Shown one piece after another: positions 53,189-63,765 of a stretch of 64,000 bases of DNA. The position numbers and the translations under genes are program-made. Numbering within the stretch: the stretch's first letter is position 1; each line of letters starts with the position of its first letter. Origin of the DNA: Octopus vulgaris (taxonomy: Eukaryota); the NCBI GenBank assembly GCA_951406725.2, contig OX597825.1, positions 75,268,001 through 75,332,000 on the forward strand, given 5' to 3'. Below the pieces are notes generated by a model. The model worked only from the letters and a program-made list of their open reading frames with translations, did no database searches and was not told the DNA's origin.

Positions 53189-55905
53189 CTATATTTGAGT
53201 GTGTCACTGAAGCTATACATACATACATACATACATACATATAGAACCTCTCTCTCTGTCTCTTCACATACACACCACACTGTCTGGCACACCCCATCAA
53301 ACACATACACACACACACGGCACGCCACATATACACCTGACGAAGGCATAAAAGAATTAGTTCATACATTAAACTTGATTTCCTTGAAGTAGAACGGAGC
53401 TAAGAAACACACAAAAGAGAGTAAACAGAGCTGGATTGACGAGAAGAAATGAAACCCAGCTGTTTTATGAATAACTGGTTATATAAAATATTGGGTTAAA
53501 AATACCAACAACACAAAAATTAGATATCAACGACAGACAAAAACAAACAAACCCAGCAGCACAAAATTCGCCAGAATTCTGGCTTCATTATAACCCAACG
53601 TAACTTTTTTTCCAATTTTTAGTGTTTACAAATTTGTGTTCTATACCCTGGAGTTCATACGATTATCCAAAAATGTTTTTGCTAACCCTCCACCACTTCC
53701 CTCATAAATCCTAAAATTTCCACTCTTTTTCGAAAGTTTAAAAACCACGACATTCCAAATACGACATTTCAGATTATTTGCTTAAATCTCACCCTTGGCT
53801 GCATCATCTCATCTTCCATTCAATGTGTTTATGGGGAGGAAAATATTGAAAAATAGCAATACATGTCAGAGTGACACAGAAACGAGGAAGGTAGTCGTGA
53901 GATGTACTAAAAATAACAGCTAAATCGCCCTTAACTCACACACACAATCTTTTCTCTCTCTTTTTTTTATTTTTGCATAATTGTACGCATTCCTGTGTGG
54001 AGAACATAAATTCGTAAAAAAAAAAAAATTTTGAAAATTCCAAAAAATGAAGAAAAAAAACCTGTTTGAATCAAAATTTTCACTTGACGCTCATCTGCGG
54101 TTTGTTAAACCGCAGAGGAGCGTCAAGTGAAAATAAGAAGGCAAAAACAAAAAAAAAGTTCTGTAGCTTAACTAAAAGTTTGAGAAAGTGAAAGCGATCC
54201 ACTAAAAATGACAATTAAGCTTCACAGGCGTCAATAATTACAATATTGATTCCGCAATTTCATGTTATACAGTACTTGCAAGAAATGAAATAAACAAATA
54301 TATATATTGGAAGTTTTTAAAAATCGAGAGAAAAGGAAAGAGAGAACGGGAGAGAGAGAGAGAGTGTGTTTGAAAGGAGAGAAAAGTGATAAAAAGTACA
54401 GAAGGAAAGAGAGGGAGAGAGAGAAGTTGGTTGAATAAAATTGCGTGATTAACAGTTGGATGAATAAACTGAAAAAGAGATGAACGGATGAATGAATTAT
54501 GCTATGAGACAGGCAATTTGTAGGAGCGTCAAGAAAATAAAAACGAGAGACAGAACCAGAGACGAGTATCAGCTTATGGGGAGAAAATAAGAGACAGATG
54601 GACCGAATGACACGAAAAGGCTGTCATCTAAAAATTAGAAATAAGGGAAAAGATGCATAAAAACGAGAGAAAGATATAGTTTGTTTAGCTCGGTTCCTAG
54701 CGTGTATATATATATATATATATATACATTTATGTATGTATACGTGATATCTCTAATAATAATAATAATAATAATAATTATTATAATTAATTCTTTTTAT
54801 TGGCCACAAAGAGCTGACAAATATAATTGGAAAACGTAAGGGGACAAAACAAGACGAAAGGTTACAAAAGGTTTTGTCCGTTTTTCGAAAGAAAAAATCC
54901 GTGTAAACACGCTTTATAACAACGAAAGAAATTCAACAATTTACAAAACTCCCAATAGAGGAGATGCTTCGAAAAAAAAAGAAAAGGTCTCACGTGGAAA
55001 AACCCATAAAGGCCACGGGAGCCTGGTCAAAAGTGGGGTAGAGAGCCCCTATTAATGGTTGTGATGTTTTCTTCATTAATCGGTAAAGGCTGACAATAAC
55101 ATTGGGAGCGGTGTTGGACGATATACTTTAGAATTAGAAGGAAGAGTATGTGAAAATGGGAGAAAGGAAGGAAAAACTAAAATAAATACATAATTCGAAC
55201 AATAAGTTACTTCTTACCCAAATTAAAATAAACTTACAGTTTAATAGGAACGAGGAAACCTCAAAGAGGTTGTAAAGGTGGGTGCGACTAACAGAGAAAA
55301 TATACAAAGTTGCTTTCCAAAATTAAATTAACTTTCTCTTTAAAATAATCTTGTTCTTGTGTACGAGTTCTATAAATTCTTTTGTATAAATGCGGGGAAT
55401 GTGGTGCATAGACAATACTGGAAATAATGGTAAAATTTTACCGAAATAACTGCTCTACATAATCGGTCAGCTAAAAATAGTTGCTACATCTCATGTACTT
55501 TAAGAGGAGACGTGAAGTTACATAAATTCTTCATACCTCAAAAGGGCAAAAAAATTTTTTTAAATGACAGGACGATCACGGTTGGGATAAATCAGATCAT
55601 AGGACAAACTCGGTAAATATCAACCTGGGGTTAAACAACAGCTTAAAAACTGTTTCTAACATATAACAGCTTGATAGTAAACATCAAGACTAAGTAAACA
55701 TACATACATATAGATAAAATTATCAAAATAATAAACTAAAAGGTATATAAAATATTTTCTAAGTTCTTTTTTTTCTCTCTAACTTACCTCGCACTTTCAT
55801 AGGTTCATTCAGTACAATTTGTACAAATCCATTCAACTTCTGACCACCGTAATAAACTCGCGATGGATTGTTAAAATGGATCGCTAGACTTCTTAGCTTC
55901 CCCAT
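23628..55905 (-). CDS. Alpha-arrestin (arrestin domain-containing, ARRDC/TXNIP family), complete: complement(join(23628-23797,25601-25817,28016-28198,30262-30444,31776-32002,33041-33187,55788-55905)), 414 aa
   Basis: Seven exons with GT-AG ends and matching phases total 1245 nt. Arrestin_N motifs: [51 protein letters not shown]. Arrestin_C motifs: [37 protein letters not shown] tail. Confidence 0.95.
24996..25093 (+). pseudogene. U6: Degenerate U6 snRNA copy (pseudogene), antisense within arrestin intron 6
   Basis: GCTTtGGCAGtgCATtTACTAAAATTGGAACaATACAGAGAAGATTAGCgTGaCCCTGtaCAAaGATGA...ATATTT aligns to metazoan U6, including the ACAGAGA box and AGC triad. The first ~6 nt are missing and there are many transitions. 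Confidence 0.88.
25601..25817 (-). CDS. Alpha-arrestin exon 6: [24 protein letters not shown]...PEGASA
   Basis: Weak ccaaag acceptor after a T-tract, gtaagt donor, phase 0/1; IIVGTIPL closes Arrestin_C. Confidence 0.88.
26022..26298 (-). mobile_element. SINE-like family C, partial (other pieces at ~1520-1630, 5197-5360, 18980-19180, 22325-22375, 49155-49225)
   Basis: Reverse-complement tandem units. Confidence 0.78.
26825..27359 (+). mobile_element. 5'-truncated CR1-clade LINE (ORF2 C-terminus, 3' UTR, (AACT)n tail)
   Basis: [71 protein letters not shown]; one in-frame stop. Confidence 0.92.
27532..27762 (+). mobile_element. SINE B
   Basis: Full copy. Confidence 0.85.
28016..28198 (-). CDS. 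Alpha-arrestin exon 5: [11 protein letters not shown]...[22 protein letters not shown]
   Basis: ctgcag acceptor, gtaagt donor, 183 nt, phase 0/0. Confidence 0.94.
28253..28700 (-). mobile_element. SINE A
   Basis: Full copy in arrestin intron 4. Confidence 0.85.
29520..29890 (-). mobile_element. RTE-clade LINE 3' ORF fragment
   Basis: [35 protein letters not shown]. Confidence 0.82.
30262..30444 (-). CDS. Alpha-arrestin exon 4: [21 protein letters not shown]...SKASLDM
   Basis: tttcag acceptor, gtgagt donor, 183 nt, phase 0/0. Confidence 0.94.
30493..30920 (+). mobile_element. SINE A
   Basis: Full copy in arrestin intron 3. Confidence 0.87.
31199..31500 (+). mobile_element. tRNA-derived SINE family D
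   Basis: GGTGCAATGGCCCAGTGGTTAGGGCAGCGGACTCGCGG..GGTTTCGATTCCC tRNA-like head followed by non-tRNA body with GATGGACTGGCATCCTGTTCAG. Confidence 0.7.
31776..32002 (-). CDS. Alpha-arrestin exon 3: ...[32 protein letters not shown]...[10 protein letters not shown]
   Basis: ttgtag acceptor, gtaggt donor, phase 1/0. Confidence 0.94.
33041..33187 (-). CDS. Alpha-arrestin exon 2: [40 protein letters not shown]...YGS
   Basis: ccttag acceptor, gtaagg donor, phase 1/1. Confidence 0.93.
34235..34330 (+). mobile_element. LINE APE-endonuclease N-terminal fragment (RTE-like)
   Basis: [31 protein letters not shown] contains the QExRW endonuclease motif. Confidence 0.7.
35561..36029 (+). mobile_element. 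SINE-like family C with internal ~60-bp tandem units and (GAT)n tail
   Basis: Repeated GTGCCGGTGGCACGTAAAAAGCACC, then AGGAAGGGCATCCAGCCGTAGAAA and CCAACCCATGCTAGCATGGAAA..GATGATGAT. Confidence 0.8.
36048..36450 (+). mobile_element. SINE A
   Basis: Full copy. Confidence 0.87.
39997..40310 (-). mobile_element. Old RTE (Rex3/Expander-like) 3' fragment
   Basis: Minus-strand [18 protein letters not shown] peptide and a (GGAT)n-type tail. Confidence 0.5.
40498..41608 (-). mobile_element. hAT (Buster/Charlie-type) relic with dimerisation-domain fragment and nested CAGTGG-terminated MITE (41272-41608)
   Basis: [43 protein letters not shown]; CAGTGGTYCTTAACC TIRs at 40498, 41272 and 41608; flanks fit NNNTANNN. 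Confidence 0.8.
42410..42915 (+). mobile_element. SINE A with a ~100-bp foreign insert in its central microsatellite
   Basis: Both halves intact around 42590-42688. Confidence 0.83.
43436..43802 (+). mobile_element. SINE-like family C (4 units)
   Basis: Same organisation as 35561-36029. Confidence 0.8.
44063..44460 (+). mobile_element. SINE A (further partial or decayed copies at ~7010-7425, 9525-9900, 25110-25540, 29240-29360, 29935-30050, 37830-37990, 49914-50152, 56737-57072)
   Basis: Homology to other copies. Confidence 0.8.
44470..45187 (+). mobile_element. Mariner (DD34D) transposase pseudogene, 3' half with right TIR
   Basis: [35 protein letters not shown] motifs with stops; ends ..TATGTGATGACCCAA-TA. 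Confidence 0.88.
45567..45964 (+). mobile_element. Non-autonomous Helitron-like element
   Basis: Starts A|TC, ends CTAG|T, with a GC-rich hairpin GCCCGAGC-AAC-GCT-GGGC just before the end; no TSD. Confidence 0.72.
46153..46918. mobile_element. Fold-back DNA element with subterminal repeats and central microsatellite
   Basis: TAGTTTAACACACGGCTACCAAAACAA / TTGTTTTGGTGGCCGGGTGTAAAACTA termini; the GGAAAATTCACAxGATCCGA unit occurs twice forward and once inverted. Confidence 0.6.
48724..48951 (+). mobile_element. SINE B
   Basis: Full copy, CpGs intact. Confidence 0.85.
50189..50251 (-). ncRNA. Variant hammerhead-like motif (CCGAAGA core)
   Basis: Minus strand reads agataa-CCGAAGA-gat...atc-t-GAAA-ctc-a-ga-GTT-ttatct; 6-bp perfect stem I, U4C core change. 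Confidence 0.4.
51658..52922 (+). mobile_element. Full-length (1265 bp) DD37D maT-family Tc1/mariner transposon, transposase inactivated
   Basis: Perfect 26-bp TIRs CAGGGTGGGGAAGCAAAATTTACAAT with [29 protein letters not shown] has 37 residues between the 2nd and 3rd Asp. Frameshifts near the ATG (51804) and a premature stop at 52697. Confidence 0.93.
55788..55905 (-). CDS. Alpha-arrestin exon 1: [39 protein letters not shown](G)
   Basis: ATG at 55905, gtaagt donor after 55788 (phase 1); followed by a 22.6 kb intron. Confidence 0.92.
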
Positions 55906-56082
55906 ATCCGAAAAGCAGCGTATCGTTCCAACAAACGTGCAGATGTGATTGCGAGTTGAATTGATTACTCCACCTCCCCCCCCCCCCCCCACCCCACTGC
56001 CTTAGGATGTAGGCGTGAACAAGCGATATAGGACAACCGGTGTACCGCTAGAAGATGGTCCTTCTTTAACAATAATGTTAAA

Positions 56083-56300
56083 TGATAGATAGATAGATAC
56101 ATACGTACGTACGTACATACATACATACATACATACATACATACATAAACGGACGGACGGATAGATAGATAGACAGACAGACGGATGGATGGACGGACAG
56201 ACGGATAGATAGATAGATAGATACGTACATACATACATACACACACATACATACATAAATAGATAGATAGATAGATAGATAACGGATGGACAGACAGATG

Positions 56301-56359
<59 letters not shown>

Positions 56360-56384
56360 TAGATAGATAGATAGATAGATAGAT

Positions 56385-56445
<61 letters not shown>

Positions 56446-56470
56446 TAGATAGATAGATAGATAGATAGAT

Positions 56471-56519
<49 letters not shown>

Positions 56520-56540
56520 TAGATAGATAGATAGATAGAT

Positions 56541-56585
<45 letters not shown>

Positions 56586-56602
56586 TAGATAGATAGATAG
56601 AT

Positions 56603-56661
<59 letters not shown>

Positions 56662-56672
56662 GTAGGTAGATA
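56083..56672. repeat. (GATA)n-dominated tetranucleotide tract of about 590 bp upstream of the arrestin start codon
   Basis: Direct reading. Confidence 0.95.
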
Positions 56673-56884
56673 GAGCTTTGGAGATAAAAACAGGAAAAAT
56701 TTAACTCAAAACATGAGTATATTTATAGTCGAGTCGTAGGAGTGTCTGTGTGACAAGCTTGCTTCCCAACCACATGGTTCCGGGTTCAGTCCCACCGCGT
56801 GGCACCTCGAACAAGTGTCTTCTACTATAACCTCGAGCTTTGTGGGCGGATTTGGCAGACGGAAACTGAAAGAAGCCCGTCGTA

Positions 56885-56931
<47 letters not shown>

Positions 56932-57118
56932 TTATATCTCTCTCACTCTCTATCTATCTATCTATCTATCTATCTATATATATATATATATATATAATGT
57001 GTGCGTGTGTATTTGTTTGTCCTCCCACCAGCGTTTGACAACCGATGTTAGTGTGTTTGCGTCCTCGTAACTTAAATCTGATTTTTCCCTGTGAATTTGG
57101 ATTTATTCCCTAATATTT

Positions 57119-57222
<104 letters not shown>

Positions 57223-57280
57223 TATTTGTTTGTTTGTACTCCACCTGCCTTCGTCTTTTGTTTATTTTCGTAAACTTTCC

Positions 57281-57342
<62 letters not shown>

Positions 57343-57825
57343 GTATGTGTATGCAAGAGTAAGTGTGTTTTTGCTTTTCAGTTAATTTTTATGACATTTT
57401 TCCAGATCAGCTTCGGTTGAGCTAACTTTACAATCATGGTTATTCCATCTCCTACTATCTCCTCTTTGATTTCCATTTTTATTTGTTTGCAACGAATCCA
57501 GGACCACATTGTCTACCGTGGCCGTTTTTAAGATAAAAGGATGCGATTTGAGGAAATTTTAGCTACTATATCTAGCGGATCAAACAGTTACGTAGGGACT
57601 TGCGCGATGGCACATGTGACATTTGTCTTTGTGGTGACGATCGAAACAAAAAAGGCGTTGGTGGTGGTGGTAACAGCAGCGGAGCGGTGAGGGTGACAGC
57701 GGTGGTGGAGGCGTCGGAGGTGATGGTCGCGGAAGTGCTGATGGCTGTAATAGTTGTTGCTTTGTTATTATTGTAGATATATATATTTCTCTAGATTTCA
57801 ACCCAAGACTGCGAGTGAATGAGAT

Positions 57826-58237
57826 ATTTATTTCTTTACTACCCACAAGGGGCTAAACATAGAGGGGACAAACAAGGACAGACAAAGGGATTAAGTCGAT
57901 TACATCGACCCCAGTGCAAAACTGGTACTTTATTTATCGACCCCGAAAGGCTGAAAGGCAAAGTCGACCTCGGCGGAATTTGAACTCAGAACGTAACGAC
58001 AGACGAAATACCTATTTCTTTATTACCCACAAGGGGCTACACACAGAGGGGACAAACAAGGACAGACATAGGTATTAAGTCGATTACATCGACCCCAGTG
58101 CGTAACTGGTACTTTATTTATCGACCCCGAGAGGATGAAAGGCAAAGTCGACCCCGGCGGAAATTGAACTCAGAACGTAACGACAGACGAAATACCGATG
58201 AGCATTTCCCCCTGCGTGCTAACGTTTCTGCCAGCTC
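57826..58237 (-). mobile_element. Tandem dimer of SINE B
   Basis: Two ~185-230 bp units joined at GAAATACC. Confidence 0.83.
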
Positions 58238-58525
58238 GGAAACCAACGGGGGTGGATGTGTCTGCGTGATCGCTCGACCGGTGGAAATAGCAGCCAAATC
58301 TCCCTTAAAGTATATCTTTCCATTTTGGGATAGAGAAGGACGTATTGGATACTGCACACAAGGTGTCCCCATCCCACTCTACATCACTTGAAGAATATTC
58401 CCCCCATCCTGCACTGCCTAAAGAATCGGCATGTCCATTCCGTTCCCTCCACCCGAGGAATCCCCTGTCCACCCTGTTTCACATGAAGAGCCTCACTCCA
58501 TTGTGTTCTGCCTGAGGTATTGTTC

Positions 58526-58951
58526 GAGCTGGCAGAAACGTTAGCACGCTGGGCGAAATGCTTAGCGGTATTGGATCTTTTCTAAAAGATGGGATTTCAT
58601 TGGTTAAAATTCGAAGAATTAAACTACGTAAAAGTTACAAAATACAATTTTCTCAAAAAACTAATTGAAATTAATGTTTTCTTTTGACACATTCTACCAG
58701 TATACGAAGTTCCAAATTATTTAGTTAAGTACAAATTCTGTCCATCTTTTAGAAAAGATCCGCGGTATTTTGTCTGCCGTTACGTTCTGAGTTCTAATTC
58801 CGCCGAGGTCGACTTTGCCTTTTATCCTTTCGGGGTCGATAAATTAAAGTATCAGTTACGCACTGGGGTCGATATAATCGATTTAATCCCTTTGTCTGTC
58901 CTTGTTTGTCCCCTCTGTGTTTAGCCCCTTGTGGGTAGTAAAGAAATAGGT
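58526..58951 (+). mobile_element. SINE B interrupted by a MITE (other B-like copies at ~2140-2350, 26346-26560, 33241-33440, 41810-42003, 60450-60581, 61105-61290)
   Basis: The halves rejoin across the 8-bp TSD. Confidence 0.83.
58573..58761. mobile_element. MITE with 20-bp TIRs and 8-bp TSD inserted in a SINE (Merlin- or hAT-like)
   Basis: GCGGTATT at 58565-58572 and 58762-58769; TIR GGATCTTTTCTAAAAGATGG. Confidence 0.85.
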
Positions 58952-59210
58952 ATTGTTACCCCCGACTACAGGGAATATTATTTGTATAATCTTTCATCAC
59001 TCATTTACTTGTTTTTAGGCATTAGACTGTGACACTGCCTCGAAGAATTCTAGTGAACTGAATCAAACATGGTACCTTTCTTTTTAAGCCTTTTATTCTG
59101 TTGGTTACTTTTGCCGAACCGCTAGTGTTGCAAGGAGGTAAACACACTAGCACCGGTTTTAAAAAGGTGGTGAGGGACAAACAAACACACACACACACAC
59201 AACTAACGAT

Positions 59211-59250
<40 letters not shown>

Positions 59251-59319
59251 TTTGATACTTTGATAGGTTTCGGCCATTATTGGCCCAGGCCATGTCTAAC
59301 TTAATAGCACCACCTGGTG

Positions 59320-59353
<34 letters not shown>

Positions 59354-59590
59354 CAGGGGTTGGACGAAATAATGGAAACACCTTAAAATTTCAAACAAAT
59401 TAATTTTAATATGGGGTAGGACCGTCTTTGGCAGTAATTACAGTTTGAATTCTACAAGGTATGGACTTGTACAAAGTTTGAATTGTTTCCAAAGGAATTT
59501 TTGTCCATTCTTCAGCTAAAACAATCTCCAGTTCTTGTAGTGGTGATGGTGGAGGATATTGACTCCTTACTGGTTTTCCTAAATGCACTA
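59354..59590 (-). mobile_element. Tc1 transposase 3' fragment with TIR (duplicated at ~61689-61930)
   Basis: LQELEIVLAEEWTKIP..SIPCRIQTVITAKDGPTPY*; TA-CAGGGGTTGGAC terminus. Confidence 0.8.
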
Positions 59591-59705
59591 TAAATGTTCT
59601 TTTCTAATCTAAACAATATAGTCAGTCTGGTGTACTAGTAGAGAGCTTATGAAGTATTTGCCTAGATTGATAATAATATATATATATATATATATATATA
59701 CATAC

Positions 59706-59753
<48 letters not shown>

Positions 59754-60015
59754 ACAAAGGGAAAAATTAATTAATTAAGAAGTAATCAATAATTTCACCA
59801 AGTAGAATTTGGCATGAAAAGGGAAAGGGACCATTTCACGGAAAACTTAAGTAATACTTTATAATTAGGGTTCAGCAAAGATTTGCTTTACCACATACTG
59901 AAGTTTAGAAATAGCAGCCAAAAAACCTTAGCTATTTCTTCTACTTTAAAAAGGGAGTCCCTTCCTAAACTTCAGTGTATGGCAAAGCAAATCTTTGCTG
60001 AACCCTAATTATAAA

Positions 60016-60075
<60 letters not shown>

Positions 60076-60152
60076 ATATATATATGTATATATATGTATA
60101 TATGTATGTATATATATATATATGTATATAGATGTATATATATATGTATATA

Positions 60153-60184
<32 letters not shown>

Positions 60185-60219
60185 CTTTATTGAAAAGCAG
60201 CAGAAATATCACAAAAAAA

Positions 60220-60257
60220 GTGTTACTCAGAGTTTCACGTTCCCATTCGTCAGTCAA
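60220..60257 (-). ncRNA. Degenerate minimal hammerhead motif inside a small fold-back element
   Basis: Minus strand reads CTGACGA-atg-ggaa-cgt-GAAA-ctc-t-ga-GTA-acac. Stem I is damaged; the copy at ~62555-62590 has a broken core. Confidence 0.5.
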
Positions 60258-60372
60258 AACTGTCCTACGAATTTCTGATATTTCTGCTGCTTTTCAATAA
60301 AGAATATTACTCTAGCTCTGGTATTTGAGTACTCTCTTATCCACCTCGTTTCACATTTATGTGCTTACTCCA

Positions 60373-60433
<61 letters not shown>

Positions 60434-60689
60434 GTGTGTGTAATTGGTAATTATTTCATCGACCCTGAAAGAATGAGAGGCAAAGTCGACCTCGGCGGAA
60501 TTTGAACTCAGAACGTAACAGCAGACGAAATACTGCTAAGCATTTCATCCGGCGTGCTAACGATTCTGCCAGCTCGCCGCCTTGGCCAGCTGCAACCCTC
60601 AAGCATCGGTATGCTGACCGTTGTCCCTTAGTGATGTCCTACTGCCATGTGGTGTATCTTTGTTTTGCAGTATTTCTCCCCTGTTGGTC

Positions 60690-61030
60690 GATTTTTGTGA
60701 TGGGTGAAATGAAGGAACAGCGTGCTTCCATGAAATTTTGTTTTCTGTTAGGGAAAACAGTGGCTGAAACAGTTGTAATGCTTCAAACAGCTTACAAAGG
60801 TGCTGCCATGAGCAAAACACAAGCTTATGAGTGGTTTTCATGCTTTAGGATGGTCACTTATTGTGTGGAGACCAATCTCGTTCAGAGCGACTGTTGACCT
60901 CCCGAACAAATAAAAACAGGAACTGATCTTGGGAGTCCATCACTGAACAATTAATGAACTGGAGCTCTTACCGACGAATTTAGAGTGAGGTATTGCAAAT
61001 GAAAAGTGTTAGAGTAAAATTTGAGCCTCA
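60690..61030 (+). mobile_element. Mariner transposase N-terminal fragment (continues at ~63390-63640)
   Basis: EQRASMKFCFLLGKTVAETVVMLQTAY..MSKTQAYEWF; later VITGDKSWCYG. Confidence 0.8.
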
Positions 61031-61654
61031 TACGAAGTTCCAAATTATTTAGTTAAGTACAAATTCTGTCCATCTTTTAGAAAAGATCCACGCTGGTCTT
61101 GAAAATTTTGTCTGCCGTTACGTTCTGAGTTCTAATTCCGCCGAGGTCGACTTTGCCTTTTATCCTTTCGGGGTCGATAAATTAAAGTATCAGTTACGCA
61201 CTGGGGTCGATATAATCGATTTAATCCCTTTGTCTGTCCTTGTTTGTCCCCTCTGTGTTTAGCCCCTTGTGGGTAGTAAAGAAATAGGTATTGTTACCCC
61301 CGACTACAGGGAATATTATTTGTATAATCTTTCATCACTCATTTACTTGTTTTTAGGCATTAGACTGTGACACTGCCTCGAAGAATTCTAGTGAACTGAA
61401 TCAAACATGGTACCTTTCTTTTTAAGCCTTTTATTCTGTTGGTTACTTTTGCCGAACCGCTAGTGTTGACAAAAGTTGGTAAACACACTAGCACCGGAAT
61501 TTGTAAAAAGGTGGTGAGGGACAAACAAACACACACACACACACAACTAACGATTGATATATATATATATATATATATATACTTTGATACTTTGATAGGT
61601 TTCGGCCAAAATTATTGGCCCAGGCCATGTCTAACTTAATAGCACCACCTGGTG

Positions 61655-61688
<34 letters not shown>

Positions 61689-62047
61689 CAGGGGTTGGAC
61701 GAAATAATGGAAACACCTTAAAATTTCAAACAAATTAATTTTAATATGGGGTAGGACCCCCTCTTTGGCAGTAATATACAGTTTGAATTCTACAAGGTAT
61801 GGACTTGTACAAAGTTTGAATTGTTTCCAATAGGAAATATCTTTGTCCATTCTTCAGCTAAAACAATCTCCAGTTCTTGTAGTGGTGATGGTGGAGGATA
61901 TTGACTCCTTACTGGTTTTCCTAAATGCACTATAAATGTTCTTTTCTAATCTAAACAATATAGTCAGTCTGGTGTACTAGTAGAGAGCTTATGAAGTATT
62001 TGCCTAGATTGATAATAATATATATATATATATATATATATACATAC

Positions 62048-62097
<50 letters not shown>

Positions 62098-62721
62098 CAT
62101 GAACACATACATAGAGAGATTTACACATGCATATGTATACACACATAAACATGTACATACACAAAAAAAGAACCTTACACATACATTCAAAGAAACACAA
62201 GCACACATACATATATTCATTCACATATATTCAAATATGTATACATTCAGACACACACAATGAAAAATAATAATAGGAGGGGAGAAGGGGAACTAAGTTG
62301 GTCAAGAATAACGATTTGGAATTTATAGAGCTTTATAGAACCGTTTCATGCCAAAAAAGAAAATTTAAATGCACATGCCATAAAATATATATAGTTATGG
62401 TGTGTTTATATACTATGTATATATATGTATATATGTATGATATATAAAAAGATCATATGATGTATATATATATGTACTGATATATGCATGAGTATATATA
62501 TATAGGGTATATATATACTTTATTGAAAAGCAGCAGAAATATCACAAAAAAAGTGTTACTCAGAGTTTCACGTTCCCATTGACAGTCAAAACTGTCCTAC
62601 GAATTTCTGGTTATTTCTGCTGCTTTTCAATAAAGAATATTACTCTAGCTCTGGTATTTGAGTACTCTCTTGACAAACACACCGTTTCACCATTTATGGC
62701 TTACTGTATATATATATAGTG

Positions 62722-62752
<31 letters not shown>

Positions 62753-63536
62753 ATGCTTTGCAGAATTCACCCCAGATCTCAGCAATTCAGAATTCAAATC
62801 CTGCCAAAGTCAGCATTGTCATCCATCCCTTTGGGGTTGGTGGATAAAATACCAACCTTTATAGGGTGTAGGTGCTGCATATTCTCTCTCTCTCTCTCCC
62901 TCTTTCTCTCTCTCACTCACTCTCCCCCCCTCTCTCTCTCTCTCCCACTGAAGAATCGTAGAATTAAATGTTAGTTCCAGTTTTTTCCCTGTTGGAAGTA
63001 AATAAAGGTGAAAAATAAATCTTAATTGTTAATAATTAGCATCACGTATAGTGAGAGACATCGTTTATCTTTTACTTGTTTCTGTCATTCAACCTCAGCC
63101 ATGCTGGAGCACTGCCTTGAATGGCTTTAGTCAAACAAACCAGCCTCATTACTTATTCATTTGAAATTTGGTACATATATGTTACTGGTCTATTTTGCTG
63201 AACTGCTAAGTGAAGGAGAGAGAAATAATTCACGACCAGCTGCAAAGCTATGTGGGTGAGGGTGACAAAGAGACAGAAAGAGACGCACGGCGATACGCTG
63301 TGCTTGAGAATACACATCATGCCGAGTGAAATCGTAGTCATGGCTGATGTTGGTGTCACGTAACTGGCACCCATGACAGTAGCATGTAAAGGGAACTGAT
63401 CTTGGGGGTCCATCACTGAACAATTGATGAACTTGTTGATATGATCGGCATGTCCTGGAGCTCCTACCGACGAATTTGAGAGTGAGGTATTGCAAATGAA
63501 AAGTGTTAGAGTAAAATTTGTCCCTCATGGAAGATC

Positions 63537-63765
63537 AAAGTGGCTGAGTTTCTTTTAAGAGTTGGGCCTCACAGAGGCAAAGTGGCAGACATTTTTTGAA
63601 GGTCATCACAGGTGACAAAAGTTGGTGCTATGGAATTTGTAGATATGGGAGAGGTCACAGAGGCAAAGTGGCTGAGTTTCTTTTAGTAGGGCCTCACAGA
63701 GCAAAGTGGCTGAGTTTCTTTTAGAGTTGGGGCTCACAGAGGCAAAGTGGCTGAGTTTCTTTTAC
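63537..63765. repeat. Short ~39-bp tandem repeat (GGGCCTCACAGAGGCAAAGTGGCTGAGTTTCTTTTAG)
   Basis: 4-5 imperfect copies interleaved with mariner sequence. Confidence 0.75.

Larger units (their letters stand above)
58702..63527. repeat. Mosaic direct duplication, offset about 2.3-2.5 kb
   Basis: 58702-59750 matches 61030-62095; 60182-60375 matches 62515-62710; 60917-61030 matches 63393-63527. Confidence 0.85.

Noticed and set aside
53333-53410. CTGACGAAGG hammerhead-like start
   Set aside because: No closing stem II, stem III or stem I partner found.
55906-55992. N-terminal Gly-rich extension of arrestin exon 1 from the ORF track
   Set aside because: It begins at a GTG in a poly-G tract; family similarity starts at the ATG at 55905.
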